64,000 bases of DNA, taken from positions 32,001 to 96,000 of the IMG/VR virus record IMGVR_UViG_2671180612_000001, one strand, 5' to 3'. Every line of letters begins with the position of its first letter. Positions within the stretch are counted from its first letter, which is position 1. The stretch is from a virus. Lineage: Duplodnaviria > Caudoviricetes. This document shows, piece by piece, positions 1 to 9,455 of the stretch. The notes beneath the pieces are model-generated. The model was not told the origin of the DNA, ran no database searches, and was given only the letters and a program-made list of their open reading frames with translations. Position numbers and translations under genes: made by a program.

Positions 1-1
1 A

Positions 2-457
2 GCCGCCGAGGAGCTCGAGGACGAGATCGCCGAGGAAGAGGCTGACGTCGAGAACGGCGAAGACACGATGAACGAGGCGCTCGTTCCCGAGGTCGAGGAA
101 GCGCCGGCCGCTCCGGAGCCTGTGGTCGAGACGCCTGCCGAGCCGGTCGAGACGAAGGCCGAGCGCGACGCACGCCGCAAGCGTGAGAAGCGGGCCGCGG
201 TTGCGAAGACCAAGGTCGATCGCATCGCGGAGAAGACCGACAAGGACGTGAAGGCCCGGCCGGCGCGTCAGAAGGCTCCCGCCAAGGCTGCGACGGCGGC
301 TCCCGCTACTGCTCTCGATCCGGCGTCCAAGGAAGGCCAGCGCGCCATGAAAGACGAGGCTGCGCGCAAGCTCTTCGCCGAGGGCAAGTCCCTTCGCGAG
401 ATCGAGAAGGAGCTGAAAATGTGCCGCAAGCGTCTCGGCAAGCTCCTCAAGCCCTGA
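2..457 (+). CDS. 5'-truncated acidic/Ala-Lys-rich protein with C-terminal helix-turn-helix
   Basis: Frame is open from position 2; C-terminus ARKLFAEGKSLREIEKELKMCRKRLGKLL is HTH-like. Confidence 0.6.
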   Translation, partial: AAEELEDEIAEEEADVENGEDTMNEALVPEVEEAPAAPEPVVETPAEPVETKAERDARRKREKRAAVAKTKVDRIAEKTDKDVKARPARQKAPAKAATAAPATALDPASKEGQRAMKDEAARKLFAEGKSLREIEKELKMCRKRLGKLLKP

Positions 458-574
458 TCGACGCCACGAATGGGTAAGTCGTTACGCGGCAACGTAAGTA
501 ACGACTTACTTCCCACACGAAAACCACCTGCATCGCGTCTATAGTATTCTTAGAAACAAACGAAAGAAACGCAG

Positions 575-1249
575 ATGAACGCGCATCACATGCAAAGCAA
601 CGACGTGCGGGAGGTCGACATCGACACCACCCGTCTGCTTCTTGATCGCCACGGTCGCGAGCGTGTCGGCCGCTACATGCACACCGCAGCCGGAACCAAG
701 TGGTTCCCGTTCGACGTCCGCGCCGACGAGGTTTCGATCGAGACCATCGCGCACCAGCTCGCCGGCCAGAACCGCTGGCAGGGCGCGGTCCAGCACCGCA
801 AGTTCAAGACGCGGATCTTCTACTCGGTCGCCGAGCACTCGGTCTATTGCTCGCATGAGGTGCCCGACGAGTTCGCCCTCGAGGCGCTCATGCACGACGC
901 CTCGGAAGCCTACATCGGCGACCTCATCCGGCCGCTGAAATACGATCCGTCCTTCCGCGCGCCCTTCAAGGTCGTCGAGGACGCGCACGAGAAGGCGATC
1001 GCCGAGCGCTTCGGTCTCGCCTGGCCCTGGCCGAAGTGGGTGAAGCGCGCCGACAACCTGCTCTGCGCGGCCGAGAGCCGTCAGATCGTCGTCCGCTCGC
1101 CGGACGAGGAATGGGAGAGCGGCAAGCTCCAGGACGAGAGCGAGTGGGCCGACGTGGAGATCGAGATGCTCCACCCCTACCAGGCGAAGGAGGCGTTCCT
1201 CATGCGCTTCCACGAACTCTATGACATCCACCGGAACGTCCGGCGATGA
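575..1249 (+). CDS. HD-domain phosphohydrolase (YfbR/5'-deoxynucleotidase-like)
   Basis: Motifs YSVAEHS and ALMHDASEAYIGDLIRPLK, plus VKRAD. Confidence 0.85.
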   Translation: MNAHHMQSNDVREVDIDTTRLLLDRHGRERVGRYMHTAAGTKWFPFDVRADEVSIETIAHQLAGQNRWQGAVQHRKFKTRIFYSVAEHSVYCSHEVPDEFALEALMHDASEAYIGDLIRPLKYDPSFRAPFKVVEDAHEKAIAERFGLAWPWPKWVKRADNLLCAAESRQIVVRSPDEEWESGKLQDESEWADVEIEMLHPYQAKEAFLMRFHELYDIHRNVRR

Positions 1250-1428
1250 TCGGGCTCTTCGGAGCCGCCGCGATGCTCGCATCGATGTCCGTCGCCGCAT
1301 CCCACGGCGATGGACACCACCGGCGCGCAGCCGCGCGCATCGTGAAGACCAATCCCAAGAAGCAGGCTCGCCGGGCGAAAGCCCAGGCCGGCCGTCGCGC
1401 AGCCCAGAAGACCAGGAGGACCAAATGA
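1246..1428 (+). CDS. small basic hypothetical protein
   Basis: ATGA overlaps at both ends. Confidence 0.5.
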   Translation: MIGLFGAAAMLASMSVAASHGDGHHRRAAARIVKTNPKKQARRAKAQAGRRAAQKTRRTK

Positions 1429-1718
1429 GCCAGGCCGCTCCCGCCACGCAGACCCTCACCGTCGTCGCCGACACGAAGCCCGTGCAGCGTCTTCTCCAGG
1501 AAGCCAATCGCCGGATCGACGATCTCCTCGAGGCGAACAACCGCTACCTCGAGGAGGCGCGCGCCGCGCGGCGCGAGCGTGACGCCACGCGCGTCTCGAT
1601 GGACGCCATGATCCGCGGCGCGTCGGACGAGCGCGGGCTCGACCTCACGACGCTCTCCGTCTCGATCCTCTGCTCGGCCGCGCTCGGCGCTGCCGCGATG
1701 TTCTGGGTGATGGCATGA
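1425..1718 (+). CDS. hypothetical coiled-coil protein with C-terminal TM segment
   Basis: AGGAGG RBS before ATG 1425; hydrophobic C-terminus. Confidence 0.6.
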   Translation: MSQAAPATQTLTVVADTKPVQRLLQEANRRIDDLLEANNRYLEEARAARRERDATRVSMDAMIRGASDERGLDLTTLSVSILCSAALGAAAMFWVMA

Positions 1719-2314
1719 GCGAGTTCTTCATGTCCGGCCCGGAAGAGGGCGACGTCATCGACCAGCAGGTGTTCGTCTGCGCGCCGGACGGCACCGAGAT
1801 CCTTCAGGTGCTCGATGTCGGCACGCTCGAGGAGGACAAGGAGTTCGGGCGCCTGGTCGCACGGCTCCTCAACGACGACGCCCAGAACAAGCGCGAGCGG
1901 CTGCGCAACGCTTTCCGGGACAGCTTCATCACTGCAACGAGCGGCGACGGCTTCGTCATCAAGGCAAGCTTCCCCGATCTCGTCACCATGCAGGTCGCGC
2001 ACAACGCCTTGTCCGAGGCCCTCGCGCCGACCAACCAGGCTGAGACCATCGTGCGTGCGGCCAACATGCACCACGGCGTCATCTACGACGTGCCCCAGCC
2101 CGGCCGGCACGGCAACGTCATCCGCATGATCTCCGATCTCGGCCTGTGCAGCCCGTCCGATCCGGTCGTCGATGAAGGCGGGTTCCTGACCTCGACCGGG
2201 CGCTACGTCGATCGGCGGGAAGCCTGGCAGATCGCAGAGAAGGTCGGCCAGCTCCTCGAGCGCGCTCCGACCGACAAGCGCGGCGGCTTCCTCTATTCGG
2301 AGGACGTCTGGTGA
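1715..2314 (+). CDS. phage hypothetical protein
   Basis: Coupled ORF; C-terminal GRH...GFLTSTGRYVDRREAWQIA...LYSEDVW resembles a recurrent phage domain. Confidence 0.65.
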   Translation: MSEFFMSGPEEGDVIDQQVFVCAPDGTEILQVLDVGTLEEDKEFGRLVARLLNDDAQNKRERLRNAFRDSFITATSGDGFVIKASFPDLVTMQVAHNALSEALAPTNQAETIVRAANMHHGVIYDVPQPGRHGNVIRMISDLGLCSPSDPVVDEGGFLTSTGRYVDRREAWQIAEKVGQLLERAPTDKRGGFLYSEDVW

Positions 2315-2625
2315 GCGTCACGCAGCGCGTCATGTTCCTCCTCGACCTTCGCGACGGCACCTATGGCCCCCTCCCCCAGGAGGCCAAGGACGCGATCAGC
2401 CGCTACCTCGACACCGACGAGGGCGAGACCGACCCGAGCGGCTACCAGCGTCGCTATCGCCGGGCGCACCCGCAGTCCGCGATGGGCAAGTCGTTCACCA
2501 AGGCGCACGCCGAAGGCTGGAAGCTCGTTGCCTTTAACCGCGACGGCTACCCGATCTTCCGCGAAAGCACCCTCTCCTGGCTCAAGCGCCTCATCCGGCG
2601 CCAGCCGAAATTCTCCTCGGAGTAG
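2311..2625 (+). CDS. hypothetical protein
   Basis: GTGA overlap, genome-typical codon usage. Confidence 0.6.
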   Translation: MSVTQRVMFLLDLRDGTYGPLPQEAKDAISRYLDTDEGETDPSGYQRRYRRAHPQSAMGKSFTKAHAEGWKLVAFNRDGYPIFRESTLSWLKRLIRRQPKFSSE

Positions 2626-2628
2626 ACC

Positions 2629-3045
2629 ATGACCATCGACGAGATCCGCGAGATCGTGTCGGCCATCACCTACAAGCCCGGCTGGACCCTGTCCGTCGGG
2701 CTTGATGGCAACAGGCCCTTCATCCAGGCGTCCGTTTCGATCGAAAGTGATCTGACGGCTGATCCCACGCGCAAGACCACCGAGCGCACGCCCTGGAAGT
2801 CGGGCAAGCGCTACCTGTCCACCTTCATGTGCCGGCAGGAGATCGTCGGCGCCGTGTTCGGCATGATCAAGGACGCCGAGGAGCATGAGGTGCGCGAGTG
2901 GTTCCGCTACCGGAACGCCTCGATCTTCAATCCGCACCTCGATCCGGACGTGCTGGTCACGATCGCGCGCAAGGCGGCGAGCTTCAACGTCCGCGACAAC
3001 GCCATGAGCATGAGCGAGACCCCGCAAGACATCCAAGCTGCGTGA
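2629..3045 (+). CDS. conserved phage hypothetical protein
   Basis: GGAG RBS; EEHEVREWFRY...FNPH motif. Confidence 0.7.
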   Translation: MTIDEIREIVSAITYKPGWTLSVGLDGNRPFIQASVSIESDLTADPTRKTTERTPWKSGKRYLSTFMCRQEIVGAVFGMIKDAEEHEVREWFRYRNASIFNPHLDPDVLVTIARKAASFNVRDNAMSMSETPQDIQAA

Positions 3046-3088
3046 TGCGATAAGTAAGCTGTTACTGACACAGCAGAAGGAGACGCAA

Positions 3089-3472
3089 ATGACATTCGTG
3101 AAGAGCAACGAGACCCTGGTCGAGACCTACTACGACGAGGATTTCAAGCGGGAGGTTCGCCGCGTCTGGCCGACCGGCGTCGAGCGCTCGGTCTCCGAGA
3201 TCCTCAAGGGTCGGCACGAGAACTCGGTGCGCTTCTTCATCGCCGAGGACGGCTTCCAGCGCGACGTGACCGACCGCCTGGCGCTCGCCTGGTGCGACAT
3301 CAACCTCTCGCACGAGAACGTCCACGTTCCCGGCCCCGAGTTCGTGGCGATGTCCCCTGCCCTCGACCACGCCCTCTTCGAGCTGTTCACCGACCGGCGT
3401 CTGCGCGGCGAGAACCAAGCCGAGATGGTTCGCGACCTGGCGCGCGACGAGTGCGCCTTCCTGGCCGCATGA
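3089..3472 (+). CDS. hypothetical protein
   Basis: AAGGAG RBS, follows operator and promoter. Confidence 0.7.
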   Translation: MTFVKSNETLVETYYDEDFKREVRRVWPTGVERSVSEILKGRHENSVRFFIAEDGFQRDVTDRLALAWCDINLSHENVHVPGPEFVAMSPALDHALFELFTDRRLRGENQAEMVRDLARDECAFLAA

Positions 3473-3720
3473 GCCATCAGATCGTCGAGGACGACAGCCT
3501 GCAATGGCCGAGTTTCGCAGAGGAGCTCGGCCGCAAGGCGCTCGACGCCATCCAGAACCTCATGCGCAGGCACAAGGATGGCGAGATCACCCGCGACGAG
3601 CTGAAGGTCGCAGCCGGCGCCATCTACGACACGATGTCGGGCCTTGCCCGGCGCGAGGACACGGAGATCCTCTCCGCCGTCTACAACAAGCTCGCCGGCA
3701 CCGACAAAAAGCGTTCGTGA
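3469..3720 (+). CDS. hypothetical protein
   Basis: ATGA overlap with the previous gene. Confidence 0.6.
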   Translation: MSHQIVEDDSLQWPSFAEELGRKALDAIQNLMRRHKDGEITRDELKVAAGAIYDTMSGLARREDTEILSAVYNKLAGTDKKRS

Positions 3721-3775
3721 CAGCTTGCGCATAAGTAAGCGTTCACTTATTAGGACGCATCCGCAGGAGAATCCA

Positions 3776-3991
3776 ATGAGCTACACCGAGCATTTCGGCG
3801 AAGGCCGGCCTGTGCCCATCGACGCCTTCGTGAAGACGCTGCGCATGGACCGCTCCGAGACCGGCTGGGAAGGCGCCTTCATGGTCGACTGGTCCTGGAT
3901 AGGTCACGACACCGACGTCATCGGCTACAAGGTGGCCGGGCCGCTCCGGACGATCTGGCTCTCCCTGCGCCTCAAGTTCGGCGATCGATGA
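3776..3991 (+). CDS. hypothetical protein
   Basis: AGGAG RBS before ATG 3776. Confidence 0.6.
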   Translation: MSYTEHFGEGRPVPIDAFVKTLRMDRSETGWEGAFMVDWSWIGHDTDVIGYKVAGPLRTIWLSLRLKFGDR

Positions 3992-4569
3992 ACGCGCCCT
4001 TCAACAAGGACGCCTGGATCCTCGACGCCATCGCGTGCGGCTACATCAGCCCGAAGCGCGACGGCACGATCATGCGCCGCAAGTCTGCCTCGCGCGACGG
4101 CTCCAACTTGAGCGCCGAGTGGGCGCTGGTGAAGCAGCAGACACACAAGGCGACGGGCCGCGTCTATTTCAACATGACCTGGAAGGGCCTCACCAAGTCC
4201 GTCCTCGTCAACCGTGTGATCGCGCTCCGCTTCCTCCCGAACCCCGACAACCTGCCCCAGGTCAACCACGTCGATGGCGTGAAGGCCCACAACTACCTCT
4301 ACCAGCCGACGCCCGAGCTCGTCGCCAAGTGGGGCAAGTTCCAGCTCGAATGGTCCTCCGGTCAGGACAACGAGAAGCACGCGCACCGCACGGGACTCAA
4401 GACCGGCCGCGGCACCTCAAACGCCAACAACAAACTCTCGGTCGAGCAGGTGCTCAAGATCCGCGAGCTCGGCCCAACGACGCCGATGGATGACCTGATC
4501 GCCTTCTTCGGCGTCGGGCGCACCACGATCGCCAACATCCTTCGCAGACGCACCTGGACGCACGTCTAA
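3988..4569 (+). CDS. HNH homing-endonuclease-like protein with C-terminal HTH
   Basis: RVIALRFLPNPDNLPQVNHVDGVKAHN...LEW...N..HA; KLSVEQVLKIR...FGVGRTTIANI. Confidence 0.8.
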   Translation: MNAPFNKDAWILDAIACGYISPKRDGTIMRRKSASRDGSNLSAEWALVKQQTHKATGRVYFNMTWKGLTKSVLVNRVIALRFLPNPDNLPQVNHVDGVKAHNYLYQPTPELVAKWGKFQLEWSSGQDNEKHAHRTGLKTGRGTSNANNKLSVEQVLKIRELGPTTPMDDLIAFFGVGRTTIANILRRRTWTHV

Positions 4570-5030
4570 TGACCGGACTTCGCACACATGGAATGACCGG
4601 GACTCGGACCCACTCGATTTGGATCCAGATGCGTCGCCGCTGCCGCGAGCCGAACTCGGCGAACTACGCTCGCTATGGCGGGCGCGGGATTTCGGTCTGC
4701 AAGCGCTGGGATGAGTCCTTCGAGGCGTTCCTTCAGGACATGGGCGAAGCGCCGGCCGGCATGTCGATCGAGCGCGAGGACAATGACGGCAACTACGAGC
4801 CGGCCAACTGCTCGTGGGCGACGCTGGAAACGCAGAACAACAACCGCCGATCCAACGTGATCGTCGAGTTCAACGGCCGATCCCAAACGCTCAAGCAGTG
4901 GGCGCGCGAACTCGGCATCAACTACCGGACCCTCCACACGCGCTACCGCAACGGTCGCCGCGGCGCGGAGCTCCTGTCGACCACTCAACTCCCCTACCCC
5001 GATCAACGCAAAGCACGGAGCTCGTCATGA
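4569..5030 (+). CDS. HNH-type endonuclease-like protein
   Basis: YARYGGRGISVCKRW..F..FLQDMG..P...SIEREDNDGNYEPANCSWAT, a typical phage HNH family. Confidence 0.85.
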   Translation: MTGLRTHGMTGTRTHSIWIQMRRRCREPNSANYARYGGRGISVCKRWDESFEAFLQDMGEAPAGMSIEREDNDGNYEPANCSWATLETQNNNRRSNVIVEFNGRSQTLKQWARELGINYRTLHTRYRNGRRGAELLSTTQLPYPDQRKARSSS

Positions 5031-5353
5031 TCCCCTGGCGCTACCTCGTTCCGCGGAAATCCATGTTTCGCGAAATCCGGATTTCCAGATTGTTCCCGGA
5101 GCTGAAGCCGCACATCGACGCCATCGCCCTCTACAAGCTCGGCGAATACGGCGTGATCGCGTTCGCTGCCCAGGTCGGCTTCCCGATCGCCGCGATCTGC
5201 GTGCCGGCGATGTGGGTCTACCAGAAGATCACCGGCCGGGATCGCTTCTACGCGCCCGACTACGGCTCCCTCGCGCAGGAGGAGATCCGCGAGATCCACA
5301 AGCTCGTGCCGTGGAAGACCCTCCAGAAGGCCATGCGCGAGGGCACCCGATGA
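5027..5353 (+). CDS. hypothetical protein, possible TM segment
   Basis: ATGA coupling, GGAG RBS. Confidence 0.55.
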   Translation: MIPWRYLVPRKSMFREIRISRLFPELKPHIDAIALYKLGEYGVIAFAAQVGFPIAAICVPAMWVYQKITGRDRFYAPDYGSLAQEEIREIHKLVPWKTLQKAMREGTR

Positions 5354-5571
5354 AGGTGGAGCGCAACGGCTACCTCAAGCTGCGTGGCGAGGACGGCGAG
5401 GAGCTGACCGTCCGCTACGACAATCGCGGCGACCCGTATCGCGAGGGCACGACGATCTCGCTCGACCTGCCGGAGCGCTGGGAGAACATATCGTCGGTGT
5501 TCCTCGAGACCCGCGAGGCGATCGAGCTCCGCGACCTCCTGAACAAGCTCTACCCGCCGAAGGTGCCCTGA
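5350..5571 (+). CDS. hypothetical protein
   Basis: ATGA coupling. Confidence 0.6.
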   Translation: MKVERNGYLKLRGEDGEELTVRYDNRGDPYREGTTISLDLPERWENISSVFLETREAIELRDLLNKLYPPKVP

Positions 5572-5876
5572 TGCCCTTCGCTGCCCGAAAGCACGACGAC
5601 GGCACCTGGCGCCTGTGCAAGCGCATGGGCGACACGCTTCTGACGGCGACCTTCGACGACGGCACGGTGCTCGCCATCGGCCCCTTCCCTTCGCAGGCGA
5701 AGACCAAGGCGTGCGCCGACGTCCTGAACGAGCGCTGGAAGGACTACGAGCGCGCGGTGAAGAAGGGTGAGTTCTCGGACGAGCTGGCGACCTGGCTTAT
5801 CCAGACCGTCCGGGACCACGACGGTCTCGAAAGCGCGAAATCCAGAAATCCAGAAAGCGAGAAATCCGGAAAATGA
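5571..5876 (+). CDS. hypothetical protein; C-terminal tail encoded by an octamer array
   Basis: TGATG coupling. Confidence 0.6.
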   Translation: MPFAARKHDDGTWRLCKRMGDTLLTATFDDGTVLAIGPFPSQAKTKACADVLNERWKDYERAVKKGEFSDELATWLIQTVRDHDGLESAKSRNPESEKSGK

Positions 5877-6451
5877 GCAACCGCGTCCTTCTCTGCGGCT
5901 ACGACACCGAGACGACCGGCCTAGAGCCCGGCGATCACCGCTTCGTCGAGGTCTATGCCGGCCTGTGGGATCTCCACACGCGCAAGCTGGTCTTCGAATT
6001 CAACCAGCGCATCGACCCGCAGCGCGCGATCTCGGCCGACGCCCAGCGCATCCACAAGATCAGCGCGTCCGATCTCGTCGGATGCCCGACCTGGGACACG
6101 GTCGGTCCCGCCCTGGCGAAGGTGCTCATCAAGGCCGACGCCATGGTGATCCACAACGCCGAGTTCGACATGAAATTCACCCGGCACGAGTTGAGCCGGA
6201 TCGGCCTGACGACGCCCGAGCGCCCGATCACGGACACGATGATGTCCACCTGGGCGACGCCCGACGGCAAGAAGCCGACGCTCGGCGAGCTCGCCTTCGC
6301 CATGGGCGTTCCCTACGACCCGGAGAAGGCCCACGCCGCCGACTACGACGTCAAGGTGATGATGGCCTGCCTCTTCGCAGCGATCGACGAGGGCTACATC
6401 GACATCGCCAAGATCGAGGGAAGCATCGCGCCGCTTGCACAAGCCGCGTGA
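5873..6451 (+). CDS. DEDDh 3'-5' exonuclease (DnaQ/Pol III epsilon-like)
   Basis: Exo I DTETTG, Exo II HNAEFD, Exo III HAADYD. Confidence 0.9.
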   Translation: MSNRVLLCGYDTETTGLEPGDHRFVEVYAGLWDLHTRKLVFEFNQRIDPQRAISADAQRIHKISASDLVGCPTWDTVGPALAKVLIKADAMVIHNAEFDMKFTRHELSRIGLTTPERPITDTMMSTWATPDGKKPTLGELAFAMGVPYDPEKAHAADYDVKVMMACLFAAIDEGYIDIAKIEGSIAPLAQAA

Positions 6452-6534
6452 TCCCTGCCGCAATCCAACATCGCAGAGCGTATAAAATAAGTGTCGATAA
6501 CGACTTAGCGAAATTGTTGAAGGAGAAAGCAACA

Positions 6535-7422
6535 ATGTCCAACGTGCAGAACAACGTCTCCGGCGTTCCGTCGGCCACTCTCGCCAACATCGATGCGCTG
6601 CTCGATGACCTCGACCTCGACGCCGCGAGCGACGAGACGATCGAGGCGGTGGAGATGACCTCCCAGCTCGCGGACATTGTCGAGGAAGCCAACGAGGAGC
6701 CGGAGATCCTCGAGGGCGAGATCACGGAGCCGGAGACCGTCGAGGCGTCCGAGCAGGAAGCGATCGAGGCGAGCAGCGACGTCCTCGACGAGCTGGAGCT
6801 CACCGCGTCGCCGGCCGACGAGGACATTTCCGACGACCTCCTCGATGCGGTCGAGGCGCAGGAGACGCGCGACGAAGCCTATGCGGCCCAGACGGGCGGC
6901 GAGGTCGGCGACGTCGGCGAGGCTCCGGCCGCGGAAGCCAAGAAGACCTCGAAGATCCGCTCGGGCGAGAAGAACGCTTCGACGCCGCGCACGAACAAGG
7001 ACATGGGCGCCCTGCCCCTCGAAATGTTCCTGCTCACCAACGGCCAGCCGGCCGGCGACCTCGAGGCGACCAAGGCGGCGTTCATGAGCGCGATGCCGGC
7101 GACCAAGAAGGTGATCGAGAAGATCGAGAACGTCATGTGCGCCATCGGCGCCGAGAAGCTCCCGAGCATCTACGTCCAGAAGGCGTTCGCGGCGCTCGAC
7201 GCCAAGGAGACCGTCACGTCGTCCGATCTCGTCGGCGTCTTCAAGGCGGACTACTCGGAAGGCACGAGCCGCAGTCAGGCCGGGCAGATGATGGCCCTGT
7301 TCTCGTTCCTCAAGATCGCTGACCGCGACGGCAAGAACCTGAAGATCCGCAAGGACTCGACGCTCGCCGACCGGCTGCGCTCGATCATCGCCAACACCCA
7401 GGCGGCACCGGCGGGCGCGTAA
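6535..7422 (+). CDS. acidic N-terminus plus C-terminal winged-helix-like domain (paralogue family A)
   Basis: AGGAG RBS, ATG 6535; YSEGTSRSQAGQMMALFSFLKI motif shared with 28241 and 31096. Confidence 0.7.
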   Translation: MSNVQNNVSGVPSATLANIDALLDDLDLDAASDETIEAVEMTSQLADIVEEANEEPEILEGEITEPETVEASEQEAIEASSDVLDELELTASPADEDISDDLLDAVEAQETRDEAYAAQTGGEVGDVGEAPAAEAKKTSKIRSGEKNASTPRTNKDMGALPLEMFLLTNGQPAGDLEATKAAFMSAMPATKKVIEKIENVMCAIGAEKLPSIYVQKAFAALDAKETVTSSDLVGVFKADYSEGTSRSQAGQMMALFSFLKIADRDGKNLKIRKDSTLADRLRSIIANTQAAPAGA

Positions 7423-7488
7423 GCGCCCTCCTCCCCAACACGGCGCGTCCCCTCGCGCCTGGAAATCGAGAAATCTGGAAATCGCGAA

Positions 7489-7722
7489 ATGTCGAAATCC
7501 GAACCCGAGGTCTCACTCTCGGTCCACCGGCACATGCGGAACCTCGAGACGGCCGGCCGGTCGTTCAAGGTCCGCATCGTGGCCCACGGTCTAGATCAGG
7601 TCTTCGAGCCGCTCGCCCACAGCGAGACGATCTTCCTCGGCAAGCGTCGTGGCAGCGGCTCGAACCGGGCCGTGTTCGTGAACCTCGCCAACGTCACCCT
7701 CATCGAAGTTCTGGAGGACTGA
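7489..7722 (+). CDS. hypothetical protein
   Basis: ORF coupled to the next gene. Confidence 0.5.
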   Translation: MSKSEPEVSLSVHRHMRNLETAGRSFKVRIVAHGLDQVFEPLAHSETIFLGKRRGSGSNRAVFVNLANVTLIEVLED

Positions 7723-7991
7723 TGACCCACGCACCGTTCCAGGTCGAGCGCGCGCCGACCTACTCCGTCCCGTTCTTCGCGACGGGATTCAACACCTGGA
7801 AGATCCGCGTCGTCGGTGCGCCCGCAGACGAGCGTCCGTTCTGCGAGGTCTCGTTCCAGGACGCCGACACCAAGCACCCGGAATACGCCGCCTACATGCA
7901 GGGCGTGCAGGAGCGCGTCGAGCACGTCGCGGCCGTCATCAACGCCGGGCTCGAGGCGCAGGCCAAGCAGCGCGCCGCGCTCGACATTTGA
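7722..7991 (+). CDS. hypothetical protein
   Basis: GGAGG RBS. Confidence 0.6.
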   Translation: MTHAPFQVERAPTYSVPFFATGFNTWKIRVVGAPADERPFCEVSFQDADTKHPEYAAYMQGVQERVEHVAAVINAGLEAQAKQRAALDI

Positions 7992-8003
7992 TCGGGACGG
8001 CCG

Positions 8004-8414
8004 ATGAAGACGATCCTCGACAACGAGGGCAATCGGCGCCTCTTCCAAGGCTGCGCCGCCCAGCCTGACACCCGGCACGGCTTCACGGTCCACGTCTGGC
8101 GCAAGAGCGGATACAGCGCCGGCTTCCAGCAAGGCGGCGACAATGTCCGCTCGCCGGCCGCGTTCAGCGCGCCGCACTTCCGAGCCGGCGTCGGCTACCG
8201 CGTCCGCGTGATCCCGAAAGCCCCACTCGACCCCGACCTTCTCGAAATCTGGAAAGCGAGATTTCCATGCAAGACACCGAACGTCCCCTCAAGGAAGGGC
8301 AACGCATCCGCATGGTCCGGATGGAAGACGATCCGCATCCGATCGAAGCGGGCACGGAAGGCACGGTCACGAGCTACGCCCACTTCTACGCGGGTCGCTG
8401 GACGATCGGCGTGA
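8004..8414 (+). CDS. hypothetical protein; 3' half overlaps the next gene and may be read-through
   Basis: 5' part has genome-typical codon usage. Confidence 0.4.
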   Translation: MKTILDNEGNRRLFQGCAAQPDTRHGFTVHVWRKSGYSAGFQQGGDNVRSPAAFSAPHFRAGVGYRVRVIPKAPLDPDLLEIWKARFPCKTPNVPSRKGNASAWSGWKTIRIRSKRARKARSRATPTSTRVAGRSA

Positions 8415-8494
8415 AGTGGGACGACGGCCGGTCCCTGTCGATCGTCCACGGCTTCGACCAGGTGGTGCTCCTTTCCGGAAATCCGGAAAGCTAG
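8267..8494 (+). CDS. DUF4314-like SH3-fold small protein
   Basis: GQRIRMVRMEDDPHPIEAGTEGTV...VKWDDGRSLSIV. Confidence 0.75.
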   Translation: MQDTERPLKEGQRIRMVRMEDDPHPIEAGTEGTVTSYAHFYAGRWTIGVKWDDGRSLSIVHGFDQVVLLSGNPES

Positions 8495-8508
8495 AAAGCG
8501 AGGTTCCC

Positions 8509-8727
8509 ATGGGCGAGATCACCGGCAAGCGCCGCTACCGCACCCAACGTCGCTGGTTCCGATCGGACATGCTCGTCCTTCAGGTCGAGTTCCACGACGT
8601 CTCCTACATCGGCCGGTCGATTGAGCCGTGCCTGTCGTGGCGCGACGCACGCGTCGAAGACCTGATGACGATCGAGGCGAGCCACCGGCCGTTCCCGATC
8701 GCGAAATCTCGAAATCCGGAAAGCTAG
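8509..8727 (+). CDS. small phage hypothetical protein
   Basis: GAGG RBS; LVLQVE...WRDARVEDL motif. Confidence 0.65.
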   Translation: MGEITGKRRYRTQRRWFRSDMLVLQVEFHDVSYIGRSIEPCLSWRDARVEDLMTIEASHRPFPIAKSRNPES

Positions 8728-8731
8728 ATCC

Positions 8732-8905
8732 ATGGCAGAGCTAAGCGCAGGCAAGCTCGGCGTCGCCGTCGTCCACCTCAAGATGGCGCGCGACTTCCTC
8801 GAAGAAGGCGGCGCCGGCCAGAAGACGCGCGACCAGGTGCGAAAGGCGCTCAAGAGCGTCGAGAAGCTTCACGGTCAGGCGAAGAAGGAAGAGGCGCGCG
8901 GATGA
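8732..8905 (+). CDS. 57-aa hypothetical protein (not in the ORF track)
   Basis: ATG 8732 to TGA 8905, overlapping the rnhA start (ATGA). Confidence 0.5.
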   Translation: MAELSAGKLGVAVVHLKMARDFLEEGGAGQKTRDQVRKALKSVEKLHGQAKKEEARG

Positions 8906-9339
8906 CGATCGAGGTCTACACCGACGGCGGCTGCTCGCCCAATCCCGGCCCCGGCGGCTGGGGAGCGGTGATGCGCTGGAAGGGCCACGAGAAGGAGCTC
9001 TCGGGCGGCGAGCACGACACCACGAACAACCGCATGGAGCTGACGGCCGTCATCAAGGCGCTGGAAGCCGTCACACGGCCCGGCGTGCCGATCGAGGTCT
9101 ACACGGACAGCCAGTATGTGCGGAACGGCATCCAGAGCTGGACGAAGGCGTGGATCAAGAACGGCTGGCGCAAGAAGGACAAGAGCCCGGTCCAGAACGC
9201 GGATCTGTGGAAGCGCCTGGTCGAGCTGACCAAGGTCCATCAGGTCCATTTCAATTGGGTGCGCGGTCACGCCGGCAACCCGATGAACGAGCGGGCCGAC
9301 CGGCTGTCGCATCGCGACCGCCCTCGCCTCACCGCCTAG
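8902..9339 (+). CDS. rnhA: ribonuclease HI
   Basis: YTDGGCSPNPGPGGWG, TTNNRMEL, TDSQY, WVRGHAGNPMNERADRL. Confidence 0.95.
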   Translation: MTIEVYTDGGCSPNPGPGGWGAVMRWKGHEKELSGGEHDTTNNRMELTAVIKALEAVTRPGVPIEVYTDSQYVRNGIQSWTKAWIKNGWRKKDKSPVQNADLWKRLVELTKVHQVHFNWVRGHAGNPMNERADRLSHRDRPRLTA

Positions 9340-9455
9340 ATTTCCGGAAATCCAACATTCGCGATTGCTCGCTTTCCTGATCGTCCCTCCCGCATTCCAG
9401 CGCGAGCGATGCGATAAGTAAGCAGTTGCTTTAGAGCGTCAGGAGACAAAATCAG

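Noticed and set aside
5767-6534. N-terminal extension giving a 551-aa ORF
   Set aside because: Overlaps the exonuclease out of frame; the RBS and promoter point to ATG 6535.
8902-9339. RNase H as part of a retroelement
   Set aside because: No reverse transcriptase motifs seen in the window.
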